Of a stretch of DNA of 50,762 nt, positions 17,254 to 26,622 are shown in pieces. The stretch comes from Euryarchaeota archaeon UBA58. Its GTDB lineage: Archaea; Thermoplasmatota; Poseidoniia; Poseidoniales; Thalassarchaeaceae. Below the pieces are notes generated by a model. It did no database searches. It was not told where the DNA came from and saw only the letters and a list, made by a program, of their open reading frames with translations. The stretch's first letter is position 1. Each line of letters begins with the position of its first letter. A program made the translations under genes and the position numbers. The stretch is from the NCBI GenBank assembly GCA_002498525.1, contig DAHR01000005.1, positions 108,478-159,239 on the forward strand, read 5' to 3'.

Positions 17254-18642
17254 ATGGCGGTGCAGAGAATGGAGGAGTGGGAGCGGCCCATCGAGACCGG
17301 TCAATCGCCAGAAAGTGGCTCTCACTTCGATGTCATCGTCGTCGGTGGAGGACCTGCTGGCTCAGCCGCCGCAGCCTACAATGCGATCAATGGCTGCAAG
17401 GTGCTGCTGATCGAGAAGGAGTTTTGGCCGCGCGACAAGGCCTGCGGCGATGCAGTGGGGGGGAAATCTCTCTCGCATGTCGAGGAACTCGGCGTTCTGG
17501 AGATGATCGAAGGGACCCCGCATTACTCAGTTGATTCAATCGTCTTCGGCAGCGCCAACGGCGCTGAAGTAAAGGTCATGCTTCCCAAAGAAGCATATGA
17601 GGAGATGGGGATGCAATCGGGCTATGCCTTGCCAAGAGTCCAATTCGATTACATGATGTTCAAGCGCTGTTCCGAAATCGTCCGCCAGAATGGTGGCTCG
17701 GTCATCCAAGGCTTCGCTGTCAGCGATGTTGCCATCGAGGGCGATGGAGAGGCGAAGAGCATCGTCGGTGTATCGGGCAAGGTCGGGGGGCGTAGATCGA
17801 TTGAGCCGGAATTGAGTTTCACTTCAGCCCTGACGATTGGTGCTGGAGGCTATAACTGCCCGATCGCGAGGGCCATCACGGAGAGTTATGGAGAGCCTTT
17901 TCGCGATGATGAGCACTTCTGTGGTGGTTATCGGGAATACTGGGAGAATGTCGGCGGATTGGAAGAGGCTGAAGGGCCGATAGAGATTCATTTCATCGAT
18001 GAGGTTCTGCCAGGATACTTCTGGCTCTTTCCTGTCAGAAAAGGTGTGGTCAACGTCGGAATCGGGATGCTCATCTCTGAACAGAGAAAGCAGACAGGGA
18101 TGAAGAAGTCCCTCAAACAAATCCAAAAATGGGTCATCGAAGAACACCCTCGCTTCAAGATACGCTTCGCCAACGCAACAATGATTCCGAAGTCTGCAAG
18201 GGGTTGGCAACTGCCCTTCGGTTCACCGCGTAAGAATGCGCCATCGTACCAGCCTCGCAGAAGCGCGATGGCTGGAGCGATGGCGGTTGGTGATGCGGCC
18301 AGCCTCATCGATCCTTTCAGCGGAGAGGGGATCGGCAATGCTCTACTCTCTGCCAAGATGACCTCGATTCACTTCGACCACGAAGCCCATTCAGCTGGTT
18401 TCCCTGGGGCTGCAGCGGTCGACTACATGACCGATCTCTGGGATACTCTGGGGAAGGAATTGACGAACTCGTCAAGACTGCAGAAGATGATGAAATGGAA
18501 GCGTCTGACGAATTGGTTCGTCAAGAAAGCCTCGAAGAAGGATGAGATCGCAAAGATGATGTCAGAGATGATCGCGAGTAAAGATGCTCAGCAGAATCTC
18601 TGGAGTCCGTGGTTCCTGTTCAAGACGCTGATTCTACCTTGA
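17254..18642 (+). CDS. Geranylgeranyl reductase family FAD-dependent oxidoreductase
   Basis: DVIVVGGGPAGS, PRDKACGD, PRVQFD, GYFWLFP, VGDAASLIDPFSGEGIGNA; start inferred from TTTGAA about 21 nt upstream. Confidence 0.9.
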   Translation: MAVQRMEEWERPIETGQSPESGSHFDVIVVGGGPAGSAAAAYNAINGCKVLLIEKEFWPRDKACGDAVGGKSLSHVEELGVLEMIEGTPHYSVDSIVFGSANGAEVKVMLPKEAYEEMGMQSGYALPRVQFDYMMFKRCSEIVRQNGGSVIQGFAVSDVAIEGDGEAKSIVGVSGKVGGRRSIEPELSFTSALTIGAGGYNCPIARAITESYGEPFRDDEHFCGGYREYWENVGGLEEAEGPIEIHFIDEVLPGYFWLFPVRKGVVNVGIGMLISEQRKQTGMKKSLKQIQKWVIEEHPRFKIRFANATMIPKSARGWQLPFGSPRKNAPSYQPRRSAMAGAMAVGDAASLIDPFSGEGIGNALLSAKMTSIHFDHEAHSAGFPGAAAVDYMTDLWDTLGKELTNSSRLQKMMKWKRLTNWFVKKASKKDEIAKMMSEMIASKDAQQNLWSPWFLFKTLILP

Positions 18643-18643
18643 A

Positions 18644-19435
18644 GTGATGATGATGGGGGCGCTGACAGAATCCTTGGAAGGAATCGAAGCGGTTTTCCTC
18701 GATCTGGACGGAACGCTCTACCTCGGTGACGAGATCATTCCTGGCGCGCTCGACTTCCTTGATAGGCTCGAAGCGGCAGGGATTCGTCGCTTCTTCCTGT
18801 CGAACAACTCGAGCCGTTCCGTCTCACAATATGTTTCGATGTTGCACGACTTCGGGATTCCTGCGACTCCTGAAGACGTGCTGCTTTCGACTCACGATCT
18901 GTTGTCTTGGTTGGCTGAGAAGGGTGTGAAGGAAACATATCTCATCGGCACTGAAGGTATGCGTGAGATGCTTGAGGAAGCGGGCGTTTCAACTGCTTCT
19001 GCAGAGCCGCAATACATCGTTTTAGGCTATGATACTGAAATCACTTACGAGAAGTTGGCGACGGCTTCGGTTCACCTGCACCGTGGTGTGCGAATGGTTG
19101 CGAGTCATCCGGACATGGTCTGTCCTTCGCCGGATGGAGGCTTGCCGGATACGGGCGCATACATGGCGCTCTTCGAAGCCGCGACGGGGGTTCGTCCAGA
19201 GCATGTCTGCGGCAAGCCGAATGCTGGTATGATCTCGCATAAGATCGAGGAACTGGGCTTGCCAGCGGCGCGGTGCGCCATGGTCGGAGATCGATTGTAC
19301 ACGGATATTGAGATGGCTGAGCGGGCTGGAGTGCACGGGATTCTCGTGCTCTCAGGCGAAGCGACTCGGGCTGATTTGGATGCTGCGTCACAGAATCCAT
19401 CTTTGGTCGTCCCCTCGGTCGCCGAACTCTGCTGA
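18644..19435 (+). CDS. HAD subfamily IIA phosphatase (NagD-like)
   Basis: DLDGTLY, SNNS, CGKP, MVGDRLYTDI, VLSG. Confidence 0.92.
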   Translation: MMMMGALTESLEGIEAVFLDLDGTLYLGDEIIPGALDFLDRLEAAGIRRFFLSNNSSRSVSQYVSMLHDFGIPATPEDVLLSTHDLLSWLAEKGVKETYLIGTEGMREMLEEAGVSTASAEPQYIVLGYDTEITYEKLATASVHLHRGVRMVASHPDMVCPSPDGGLPDTGAYMALFEAATGVRPEHVCGKPNAGMISHKIEELGLPAARCAMVGDRLYTDIEMAERAGVHGILVLSGEATRADLDAASQNPSLVVPSVAELC

Positions 19436-19527
19436 ATCCACCCGTGTTTCCATAAGGCTTCCAAATGATGCTGTTCACATCCCATAGAGGGTGGGTTTCA
19501 ATAGTGGATGCGTGAGAACTACGCTGC

Positions 19528-20955
19528 GTGGAGAAGGATTGGAGTGTTCAGGATGGGTCTGACTGCGATTTGAACGAGCTCCCACTTGTCCGGACCTGGC
19601 CGAGTCTCGCGCCTCATGCCGAGGCTGTCGAGCGGTTGGTCCTCATGGGGGCGATAGAAGATGATGAGATTCGGGATGTGTTGATGCGCACGCCGAGAGG
19701 TGTTCACGCGCTGCCATTACCGATTTGTGAGGAGTCTGTGCATATCGAAAGCAGCGCCTTGCGCATGCCTTGGTGGTCTGATGTCGATGCGCCGAATTCT
19801 CTGTTGCCGGGAATCTATGAGACCGCTCAAGTCATCCAGATGATGGAAATCGTGCCTGGTGATTCGGTGATGCTGGTCGCACCACGTGGAAACTGGTGGA
19901 CCGAGGTGCTGATGCAACTAGGAGCGAGTCGTTTGCGTGTCGTCGAGATCGATGATGGGCGACGTGAGGAATTACAGCGGCGATGGGATGAACTGCGCCT
20001 CGATATCGTCGCCGATGCTGTCGGTTGCAGCGTTGAGTGGTGTGGCCTAGGTGAGGCTTACGAGGATGCACCAGAAGGTGGATGGAACAGGATTCTGGTC
20101 ACCGGCGGATTGCCTCGGGTACCGATTGGATTGTTGATGCGTCTCTCCTACGAGGGAATCGCAGTCGCTGCAATTGGCGAGGAGACGGGCACGGTTCTGC
20201 AGACGATGACAAGACAGGCCGAGGGTGAGTTCCAAGCTCATTGGCTGGCTATCTGGAATGTCGACATGCTTCAGGATGAGGCCGCCCAGAGATTGTGCGA
20301 TATGTCTCCTCTGACCGAAATCGCCCCGCTGGATTCGATTGAAAGTGCGCGCTCGAACAAACTCGCTTGGATTCGCGCCAATGATGAGCCGACTCGTGAC
20401 AGATTGGGCCCTGCTGCTCTGCTCGACATGATCGAGGAGGTCTGGAGAGAGGTCTCGGCCACTACTGAGGGCGAGGAAGAGGACATCGGTCTGCGCGAAG
20501 TGTTGGCCCAGGACCTGTTCCGCATGGGAAATGTCCTGCAACGATTGGGAATTCTTCGTGTCGCGGCCGAGCATCACGGCACCTCCTATCTGCTCAGTCC
20601 TTCGCCTGAGGCCGCGTGCTATCTCGGGATGACCTTCTCGTCCGAAGAAGATGGGCTGGCTTGGCAGCGCAAGGCCATCGAAACCAATCCGAATTATGGG
20701 GGATCGTGGAACGAGATAGGTGAATCATTGCTGCAGAGGGGGGAGGCCGAGCGAGCGATCAAGTGGTTCCGCGGCGCGATCAACTCGATGAATTACTGCG
20801 AGAGGGGCGCGGCATGGGCCAATCTCGCTCGTGCGCATCTAGAATTGGGGCAGTCGACGTCGGCCCTCTTCGCAGCCCAGGAAGCCGCCTCGCTGATGCC
20901 GGAAGAAGAAGAATTGGATGAGTTGCTGGAGCAGCTCGGCGAAGCTTTGGTCTGA
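19528..20955 (+). CDS. Degenerate protein-L-isoaspartate methyltransferase-like domain fused to TPR repeats
   Basis: PIMT-like layout (L...GAI.D..I...L..TPR, GDSVMLV, VVEID, WNRILVTG) plus C-terminal TPRs (KAIETNPNYGGSWNEIG, AWANLARAH). Confidence 0.65.
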   Translation: MEKDWSVQDGSDCDLNELPLVRTWPSLAPHAEAVERLVLMGAIEDDEIRDVLMRTPRGVHALPLPICEESVHIESSALRMPWWSDVDAPNSLLPGIYETAQVIQMMEIVPGDSVMLVAPRGNWWTEVLMQLGASRLRVVEIDDGRREELQRRWDELRLDIVADAVGCSVEWCGLGEAYEDAPEGGWNRILVTGGLPRVPIGLLMRLSYEGIAVAAIGEETGTVLQTMTRQAEGEFQAHWLAIWNVDMLQDEAAQRLCDMSPLTEIAPLDSIESARSNKLAWIRANDEPTRDRLGPAALLDMIEEVWREVSATTEGEEEDIGLREVLAQDLFRMGNVLQRLGILRVAAEHHGTSYLLSPSPEAACYLGMTFSSEEDGLAWQRKAIETNPNYGGSWNEIGESLLQRGEAERAIKWFRGAINSMNYCERGAAWANLARAHLELGQSTSALFAAQEAASLMPEEEELDELLEQLGEALV

Positions 20956-21011
20956 TTGAACGAGGCCGTGGCTGTCGCCAAGACTGAAGCGTGGGGGTTC
21001 ATGCGAGGTCG

Positions 21012-22043
21012 ATGGTCGAGGGAATCGTAGTCGTGACGGGGGCCTCTGGCTACATCGGCAGCCACATCGTCGCCAATCTGCTGAAGCGCGGGCGAGAGGT
21101 GCGTGCAACAGTGCGGGATGCGAGCGATCCAGAGCGGGTTGACCACCTCAGAGCGCTCGATATTTCTCACCAAGGGTCGCTGGAAATCGTCGAGATGGAT
21201 CTTTTCGATACGGCTTCCGTCGATGCTGCCATCAAGGGTTGTTCGGATGTGATTCACACCGCTGCCAGCGTCATTATTCGGGCTTCAAATCCACAGAAGA
21301 AGATCGTTGATCCAAGCGTTATTGGAACTCAGAATATCGTTGATTCGATTGAGCGGGCGGGTTCAGTGAAGAGGTTCATTCACACATCATCAACAGCCGC
21401 TATTCGTCCGATGGAATGGACTGATGGTCAGATGCTGACGTCCGATACCTGGGCTGATGATGCCACCGTCGAGGAAAATCCCTATGGTCTGGCCAAGGCC
21501 AGTGCCGAGCGCATAGTTCGAAATTGGCATGCTTCGCAACCAGTTGATTCGAGGCCTCGCCTCGTCACCATCCACCCGTGCATGGTCTTCGGACCACCGA
21601 TGTCGCCGCGCCATCTGCGCGGTTCTCTCGCTCTGCTGATGACGATGATTCGCCGTGAAATACCGCTGAATCTTCCCATGCAGGTATCTATCGTCGATGT
21701 TCGCGATGTTGCCGAGGCTCATGTGCGGGCTCTTACTGAGGGGGAGGACTGTGGTCGTTACCTCGTAGTCGCTGGTGACATGATGATGCACGAAATGGCG
21801 CTGGCGCTCAAGAAACAGCACCCTGAACGTAAGTGGGCAACCCTGCAAGCGCCCTATCTCCTGGCTCTCATCGCAGCCATCTTCCATCCGAAAATCAATG
21901 TTGCCTGGGCTCGTCGCCACCTCAAGAAGAAACTCTACTGGGATGCGGCACCGGCTGAGCGCGAACTCGGAATGAAATGGATGAACCCAATCGATTCGGT
22001 GCTCTCGACCACTGCTCCCATCTTCGAGAATGGCTGGGATTGA
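21012..22043 (+). CDS. Extended SDR, dihydroflavonol-reductase/aldehyde-reductase-like
   Basis: VTGASGYIG, HTAA, TSSTAA, YGLAK (YxxxK), VDVRDVAEAH. Confidence 0.9.
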   Translation: MVEGIVVVTGASGYIGSHIVANLLKRGREVRATVRDASDPERVDHLRALDISHQGSLEIVEMDLFDTASVDAAIKGCSDVIHTAASVIIRASNPQKKIVDPSVIGTQNIVDSIERAGSVKRFIHTSSTAAIRPMEWTDGQMLTSDTWADDATVEENPYGLAKASAERIVRNWHASQPVDSRPRLVTIHPCMVFGPPMSPRHLRGSLALLMTMIRREIPLNLPMQVSIVDVRDVAEAHVRALTEGEDCGRYLVVAGDMMMHEMALALKKQHPERKWATLQAPYLLALIAAIFHPKINVAWARRHLKKKLYWDAAPAERELGMKWMNPIDSVLSTTAPIFENGWD

Positions 22044-22093
22044 TTGAGCAGCCGGCGGATTAAGTTTAGACCGCGCCGCCGGACGGCGAGGCG

Positions 22094-23644
22094 ATGCGAA
22101 GCCTTGCCGGTCTCCTCGTCTTCCTGATGATAGCACCCGCGATCAGTGGATGCTTCGGCGGTGGAGAGCGGAGCGAGGCTGAGCCAGAAGGGCCTTTCGT
22201 CTTCTCAGAAGGGGCGATTCCGGCGACGACTTGGTATCATTATCCTGGTACGCTCGCAGAGCCGTGGGCGGTCGATGCGACCGACGCAGCAGCGGTCGCT
22301 GCTGCCAATATCACAGCAAACCTGACAGGGGGCAGTACCCCATTCTACTCCAATGGGACCTACTATGGCACCGGTTGGGACACCTTCGAGCCGACTATTG
22401 GAATTACCAGCTCGGGAGCGATTTTCTTCACTAATTACAATGGCTTGGGGGATGGAACACATATCATCCGCTCAAGAGATCAAGGTCAGACTTGGGAGGA
22501 TGTCGGGCCATTCGGTCAGATAGATGACGATTCGGGGCAGACACCGAATTCGAACGACCCGTACCTCTACGTCGACAAATTCACCGACCGATTGGTAAAG
22601 TTCGATATGCACGTTCTGGCGGCGATGTTCGTCGAGTATTCTGACGATGATGGCGAAACTTGGAGCATCCCATACACCGTCGAAGGATATTACCAGCCCC
22701 AAGATCACCAGAGCATCGCCTCGATGCCTGTTCCCGATGGAACCACCGCATTTCACGAAGTCCTCTACATCTACTGCATCAACACCGGCTCTTCGGCAAA
22801 TGGCCCTCAGTGCTCACGCTCCATCGATGGAGGGCGGACATGGGATGTTCAACGTCCCGGCTACCCAATTGAGAGTTATCCTCAGTGCAGTGGATTGCAT
22901 GGACATGTGGCTGGTGGCTCAGATGGTTCTGTGTATCGGGGAAATCCCTCTTGCGAAGGGCCAGCCGTCTACCGATCATTGGATGGTGGCCAGTCGTGGA
23001 CTGAACACACCATCACCACGGCTGTTGGGATGCAGCAGGGTTGGCATGCCCACGAGGTCTCGGTTGCGGTGGATGAAGGGGGGAATGTGCACGCGACTTG
23101 GATCGGAACCGATCACAAGCCATGGTACGCCTACTCGCGTGACCAAGGTGAGACTTGGAGTGAGCCGATGATGATTGCCGCGCCTAGCGTGCAGCAGAGC
23201 GGTTTCCCGACGATTTTCGCTGGCGATGAAGGGCGTGTGGTCATCGGCTATATCGGCGAGATCAACGATTGCGAAGTGGGTGAAAACAATACGACTGGGC
23301 CTGAAAACGAGATTTGTGGTTGGGGCGGCTACATGGCGGTTCTGACCGATGCTTTCGCCGACCATCCACTGATCACCACTGTGGTCGTCAATGACCCTGA
23401 TGACCCACTCGACATCAGTGGTGATTGTGGCAACATCCGCTGTGGTGGATTTGGAGATTTCATCGATGTCGAGATCGATGATGAAGGGCGGCCCTGGATC
23501 GCTCTCGCCCACAACGCCGCTGGCAATGAGGAAGCCGTCATCGGCACACTGATGGCTGGGCCGACGCTCTATGGTGAACTCGGGCCCCTCGCTCCTCTGC
23601 CGGCCGGGGGCCAATCCTCACTCAAGATGCCAAGTCCCTTCTGA
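22094..23644 (+). CDS. Secreted lipoprotein with BNR/Asp-box repeats (sialidase-like beta-propeller)
   Basis: Signal peptide with lipobox-like ISGC; Asp boxes SRDQGQTW, SDDDGETW, SIDGGRTW, SLDGGQSW, SRDQGETW. Confidence 0.85.
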   Translation: MRSLAGLLVFLMIAPAISGCFGGGERSEAEPEGPFVFSEGAIPATTWYHYPGTLAEPWAVDATDAAAVAAANITANLTGGSTPFYSNGTYYGTGWDTFEPTIGITSSGAIFFTNYNGLGDGTHIIRSRDQGQTWEDVGPFGQIDDDSGQTPNSNDPYLYVDKFTDRLVKFDMHVLAAMFVEYSDDDGETWSIPYTVEGYYQPQDHQSIASMPVPDGTTAFHEVLYIYCINTGSSANGPQCSRSIDGGRTWDVQRPGYPIESYPQCSGLHGHVAGGSDGSVYRGNPSCEGPAVYRSLDGGQSWTEHTITTAVGMQQGWHAHEVSVAVDEGGNVHATWIGTDHKPWYAYSRDQGETWSEPMMIAAPSVQQSGFPTIFAGDEGRVVIGYIGEINDCEVGENNTTGPENEICGWGGYMAVLTDAFADHPLITTVVVNDPDDPLDISGDCGNIRCGGFGDFIDVEIDDEGRPWIALAHNAAGNEEAVIGTLMAGPTLYGELGPLAPLPAGGQSSLKMPSPF

Positions 23645-23718
23645 AAGGATATCGCGGGCTTGGGCGCACTGACCAAAAGGCCGCGCATCTGATGTAGCCG
23701 AGATGTTCGGAGAGATTT

Positions 23719-25188
23719 GTGCGAACAGTTGCCGCCTTGCTCGTGATGTTGCTGTTGGCCCCTGCCATCGTCGGCTGCTTCGGGGCGGAAAAGTCGCTTC
23801 CTGAAGAAGAGGTCAGCGCCTTCACGACGCTGTGTGAAAGCGGAATACCACGAGAAACATGGTATCACTACGCCAACGCCACTGATGCGGTGAACGTTAC
23901 GAGTCTGTTCAACGGAACCGATGTGCTGGTCGGCGATAATGTCCCTGTCTGTGCGAATGGAACCTACTACAGCATCGGCATCTCGACCTTCGAGCCGACG
24001 ATTGGAATCACCTCGGCCGACAATCTCTACATGAGCAGTTGGGGCAATGGTCAGAATGGAGCAACGGCGATCATTCGCTGCTCGGGACTGATCGGAATGG
24101 TCGGAACGCTCGACTACACCTGCGAGGACGTTTACAATCCGCCCGCGGTGCCTGTTGCGAATTCAAACGACCCTTATGTCTACGTCGACCCTTGGACGGA
24201 TCGGATAATGAAATTCGACATGCATGCCCTGCTTGGGATGACCGTCGAGTGGTCAGATGATGAGGGAGAGAGTTGGAGTCCTCCTACGGTCGCAACCGGA
24301 TGGTCGGTTCAGGATCACCAGACGATTGCTTCCTCACCGTACAACGCATTATTGCACCAAACCACCTGGGTCTTCTGCGTCAATGGCAACTACCCCTATC
24401 CGATCTGTTCGGCCAGCCAGGATGGTGGCGCGACGTGGGGGCCAGAATTGCCTGGAGCCCCGGCGAGTTGTAACAGCGGTGGGTTGACTGGTCACATGAT
24501 CGGTTCGAATAACGGGAACTTCTACCGTGGAAACCCGAGTTGTGATGGCGAATCTTACTCGATATATCGCAGCACTAACGGTGGCTTGACTTGGAGCGAG
24601 CATCGCTTACCCACAGAGACGACTGGGACGGCGGATACTTGGAACTTCGAGGAAGCTCAGGTCTATCCTGACGAGGAAGACAACGTCCACGCGATGTGGA
24701 TCGGTGCTGACAATTTTCCCTATTATTCCTATTCGCGTGACGAGGGGGATACCTGGTCTGATCCAATGATGATAGCTCCACCAGCAGGGCTTGTGGGGAC
24801 TGGTTTTCCAGCGATTGCTGCTGGCGATTCGGGGCGAGTCGCCTTCGCTTATCTCGGAGATTCGGGTAACGATACCTGGAATGGCTACATCTCAGTGATA
24901 ACCGATGCTTTTGCAGAGCATCCGCTGATTACCACTGTGCAATTGAACGAGTTCGGCGACCCTCTGGACCGAACCCCAGAATGTGGTTACAATCGCTGCG
25001 GGGGTTTTGGGGATTTCATCGATATTCTGATCGACCAATATGGACGACCTTGGTTCGGATTGTCGCATAACATCGTCGATGAGGGCATCTATGGGTCGAT
25101 GATGCTGGGCCCGACCCTGCGTGGACCGGTGACTAATCTGACTGCTCTGCCGGTGGGTGGCCCACAAACGCTTGGCGGCTCACCATAA
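23719..25188 (+). CDS. Secreted lipoprotein with BNR/Asp-box repeats, tandem paralogue of 22094-23644
   Basis: IVGC lipobox; shared TFEPTIGITS, NSNDPY.YVD, KFDMH, QDHQ, YRGNPSC, RCGGFGDFID. Confidence 0.85.
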   Translation: MRTVAALLVMLLLAPAIVGCFGAEKSLPEEEVSAFTTLCESGIPRETWYHYANATDAVNVTSLFNGTDVLVGDNVPVCANGTYYSIGISTFEPTIGITSADNLYMSSWGNGQNGATAIIRCSGLIGMVGTLDYTCEDVYNPPAVPVANSNDPYVYVDPWTDRIMKFDMHALLGMTVEWSDDEGESWSPPTVATGWSVQDHQTIASSPYNALLHQTTWVFCVNGNYPYPICSASQDGGATWGPELPGAPASCNSGGLTGHMIGSNNGNFYRGNPSCDGESYSIYRSTNGGLTWSEHRLPTETTGTADTWNFEEAQVYPDEEDNVHAMWIGADNFPYYSYSRDEGDTWSDPMMIAPPAGLVGTGFPAIAAGDSGRVAFAYLGDSGNDTWNGYISVITDAFAEHPLITTVQLNEFGDPLDRTPECGYNRCGGFGDFIDILIDQYGRPWFGLSHNIVDEGIYGSMMLGPTLRGPVTNLTALPVGGPQTLGGSP

Positions 25189-25827
25189 TCCGGCTGAGTA
25201 CAATCCTACTGCTTGGTAAGCGAATCCGGCTGCGAAGCCGAGCATCACGACCCCGCAGACTGCGAGGCAGGCTCGGTAGCCCTTCTCCGAGAATCCCCCG
25301 CGTATGCGATCGAAGAGAATGGCGATCGCGACTTTGGTGAGGATGATCGTGACGAGGAATGTCACTGCATAGGCGATGGGGGCGAGCGGTTCCTCCAACG
25401 CTGCGGAGGCCATCAGAGGGCCACCTATGAGGAACCAGAAGACGTAGACATTCGGATTGAGAAGATTGGTGATGAGTCCGCGCTTGAACGAGCCGGTCGG
25501 TGCGACTGCCTCCGATTCGATGGTTGGTGGTTCGATGCCGAAACACTCGTAGCCCATATAAGCGAGGAAAAGGGCACCGAGAGCCGAGATAAGGAATAAT
25601 GCGAGGGGGTTTGTAGCTATCCAAGCGGCGGCGAAAAGGCTGACGATTACCAGAGGACCGTCGGTGAAAATCGGTGCTGCAGCAGTCCAGACGCCTGCGC
25701 GTAAACCTCCTGAAAGAGTCTCGCGGATGACCATCGTCAGAAGTGGGCCGGGCTTGATTCCCTCGATGATGCCAAGTGTCGCGCCAGCGAGGGCAAGGCC
25801 GAGAATGAGATCTGTCTCCAATACCAC
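25180..25827 (-). CDS. LysE family transporter
   Basis: IKPGPLLTMVIRETL, TDGP, GALFLAYMG, TNLLNPNVYVFW. Confidence 0.85.
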   Translation of the reverse strand: MVLETDLILGLALAGATLGIIEGIKPGPLLTMVIRETLSGGLRAGVWTAAAPIFTDGPLVIVSLFAAAWIATNPLALFLISALGALFLAYMGYECFGIEPPTIESEAVAPTGSFKRGLITNLLNPNVYVFWFLIGGPLMASAALEEPLAPIAYAVTFLVTIILTKVAIAILFDRIRGGFSEKGYRACLAVCGVVMLGFAAGFAYQAVGLYSAGLW

Positions 25828-25830
25828 ACC

Positions 25831-26580
25831 TCAGCGTGACCTGAGCTTGGCGAGGAGTTTGAGTATCTCAAGGTAGAGCCAGACGAGGGTCACCATCAAC
25901 CCGAATGCGGCGCGCCATTCGAGTTGTTTGGGAGCGCCGCGCTCGACTCCCTTCTCGATGAAATCGAAGTCGGCGACCAGGCACAAGGCGCCAATGCCGA
26001 TTACGAAGAGAGAGAATGCGATTCCGATTGTGCCGCTGCCGTGGATATATGGCACTTCGAAGCCGAAGAACGGGCCGAGGAAGCTGACGATATAGATCAG
26101 GACGATGGCGAGGAGTGAGGAGAAGACGGCGATTGCCAGATTTTGATTCCACGCTATCAGGCCGGCTCGATAAATCATCAACATGCTGCCGAGTATGAGG
26201 AATGTCAACAACATCGCTTGCAGCCCTATCCCAGGAAATGCCTGCTCAAAGAACCAAGTCATGCCACCAAGCGCGAGTCCTTCGAATGCTGCATAGGTGC
26301 AGATCAATGCAGGATTCGTCGAACCTGAGAATATCACTATCATCGCGGTGATGAAACCGCCCAGAAACCCAATAATCACCAAGAGCGAAGCTGCGGGCAT
26401 CATCATCGCGGTTGCGATGCCTGCTGTTGCAGTGATGATCAGGAGAATGGCTGTCTTCTCGGCAGTTCCTTCCATCGACATCAGGTGTGAGTCATCGTCC
26501 CACCAATCAGATTCGCTGTAGGACGATTTCTCGAAAGTCGCGTCTGAAAGAGCGGGGTTTCCGGAACGATACACATTCAT
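25831..26580 (-). CDS. Bax inhibitor-1/YccA family membrane protein
   Basis: RSGNPAL N-terminus, [38 protein letters not shown]. Confidence 0.88.
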   Translation of the reverse strand: MNVYRSGNPALSDATFEKSSYSESDWWDDDSHLMSMEGTAEKTAILLIITATAGIATAMMMPAASLLVIIGFLGGFITAMIVIFSGSTNPALICTYAAFEGLALGGMTWFFEQAFPGIGLQAMLLTFLILGSMLMIYRAGLIAWNQNLAIAVFSSLLAIVLIYIVSFLGPFFGFEVPYIHGSGTIGIAFSLFVIGIGALCLVADFDFIEKGVERGAPKQLEWRAAFGLMVTLVWLYLEILKLLAKLRSR

Positions 26581-26622
26581 TCGAAAATGACCACCCTTCT
26601 CAAGGCTTATCCCGGTATTTTC

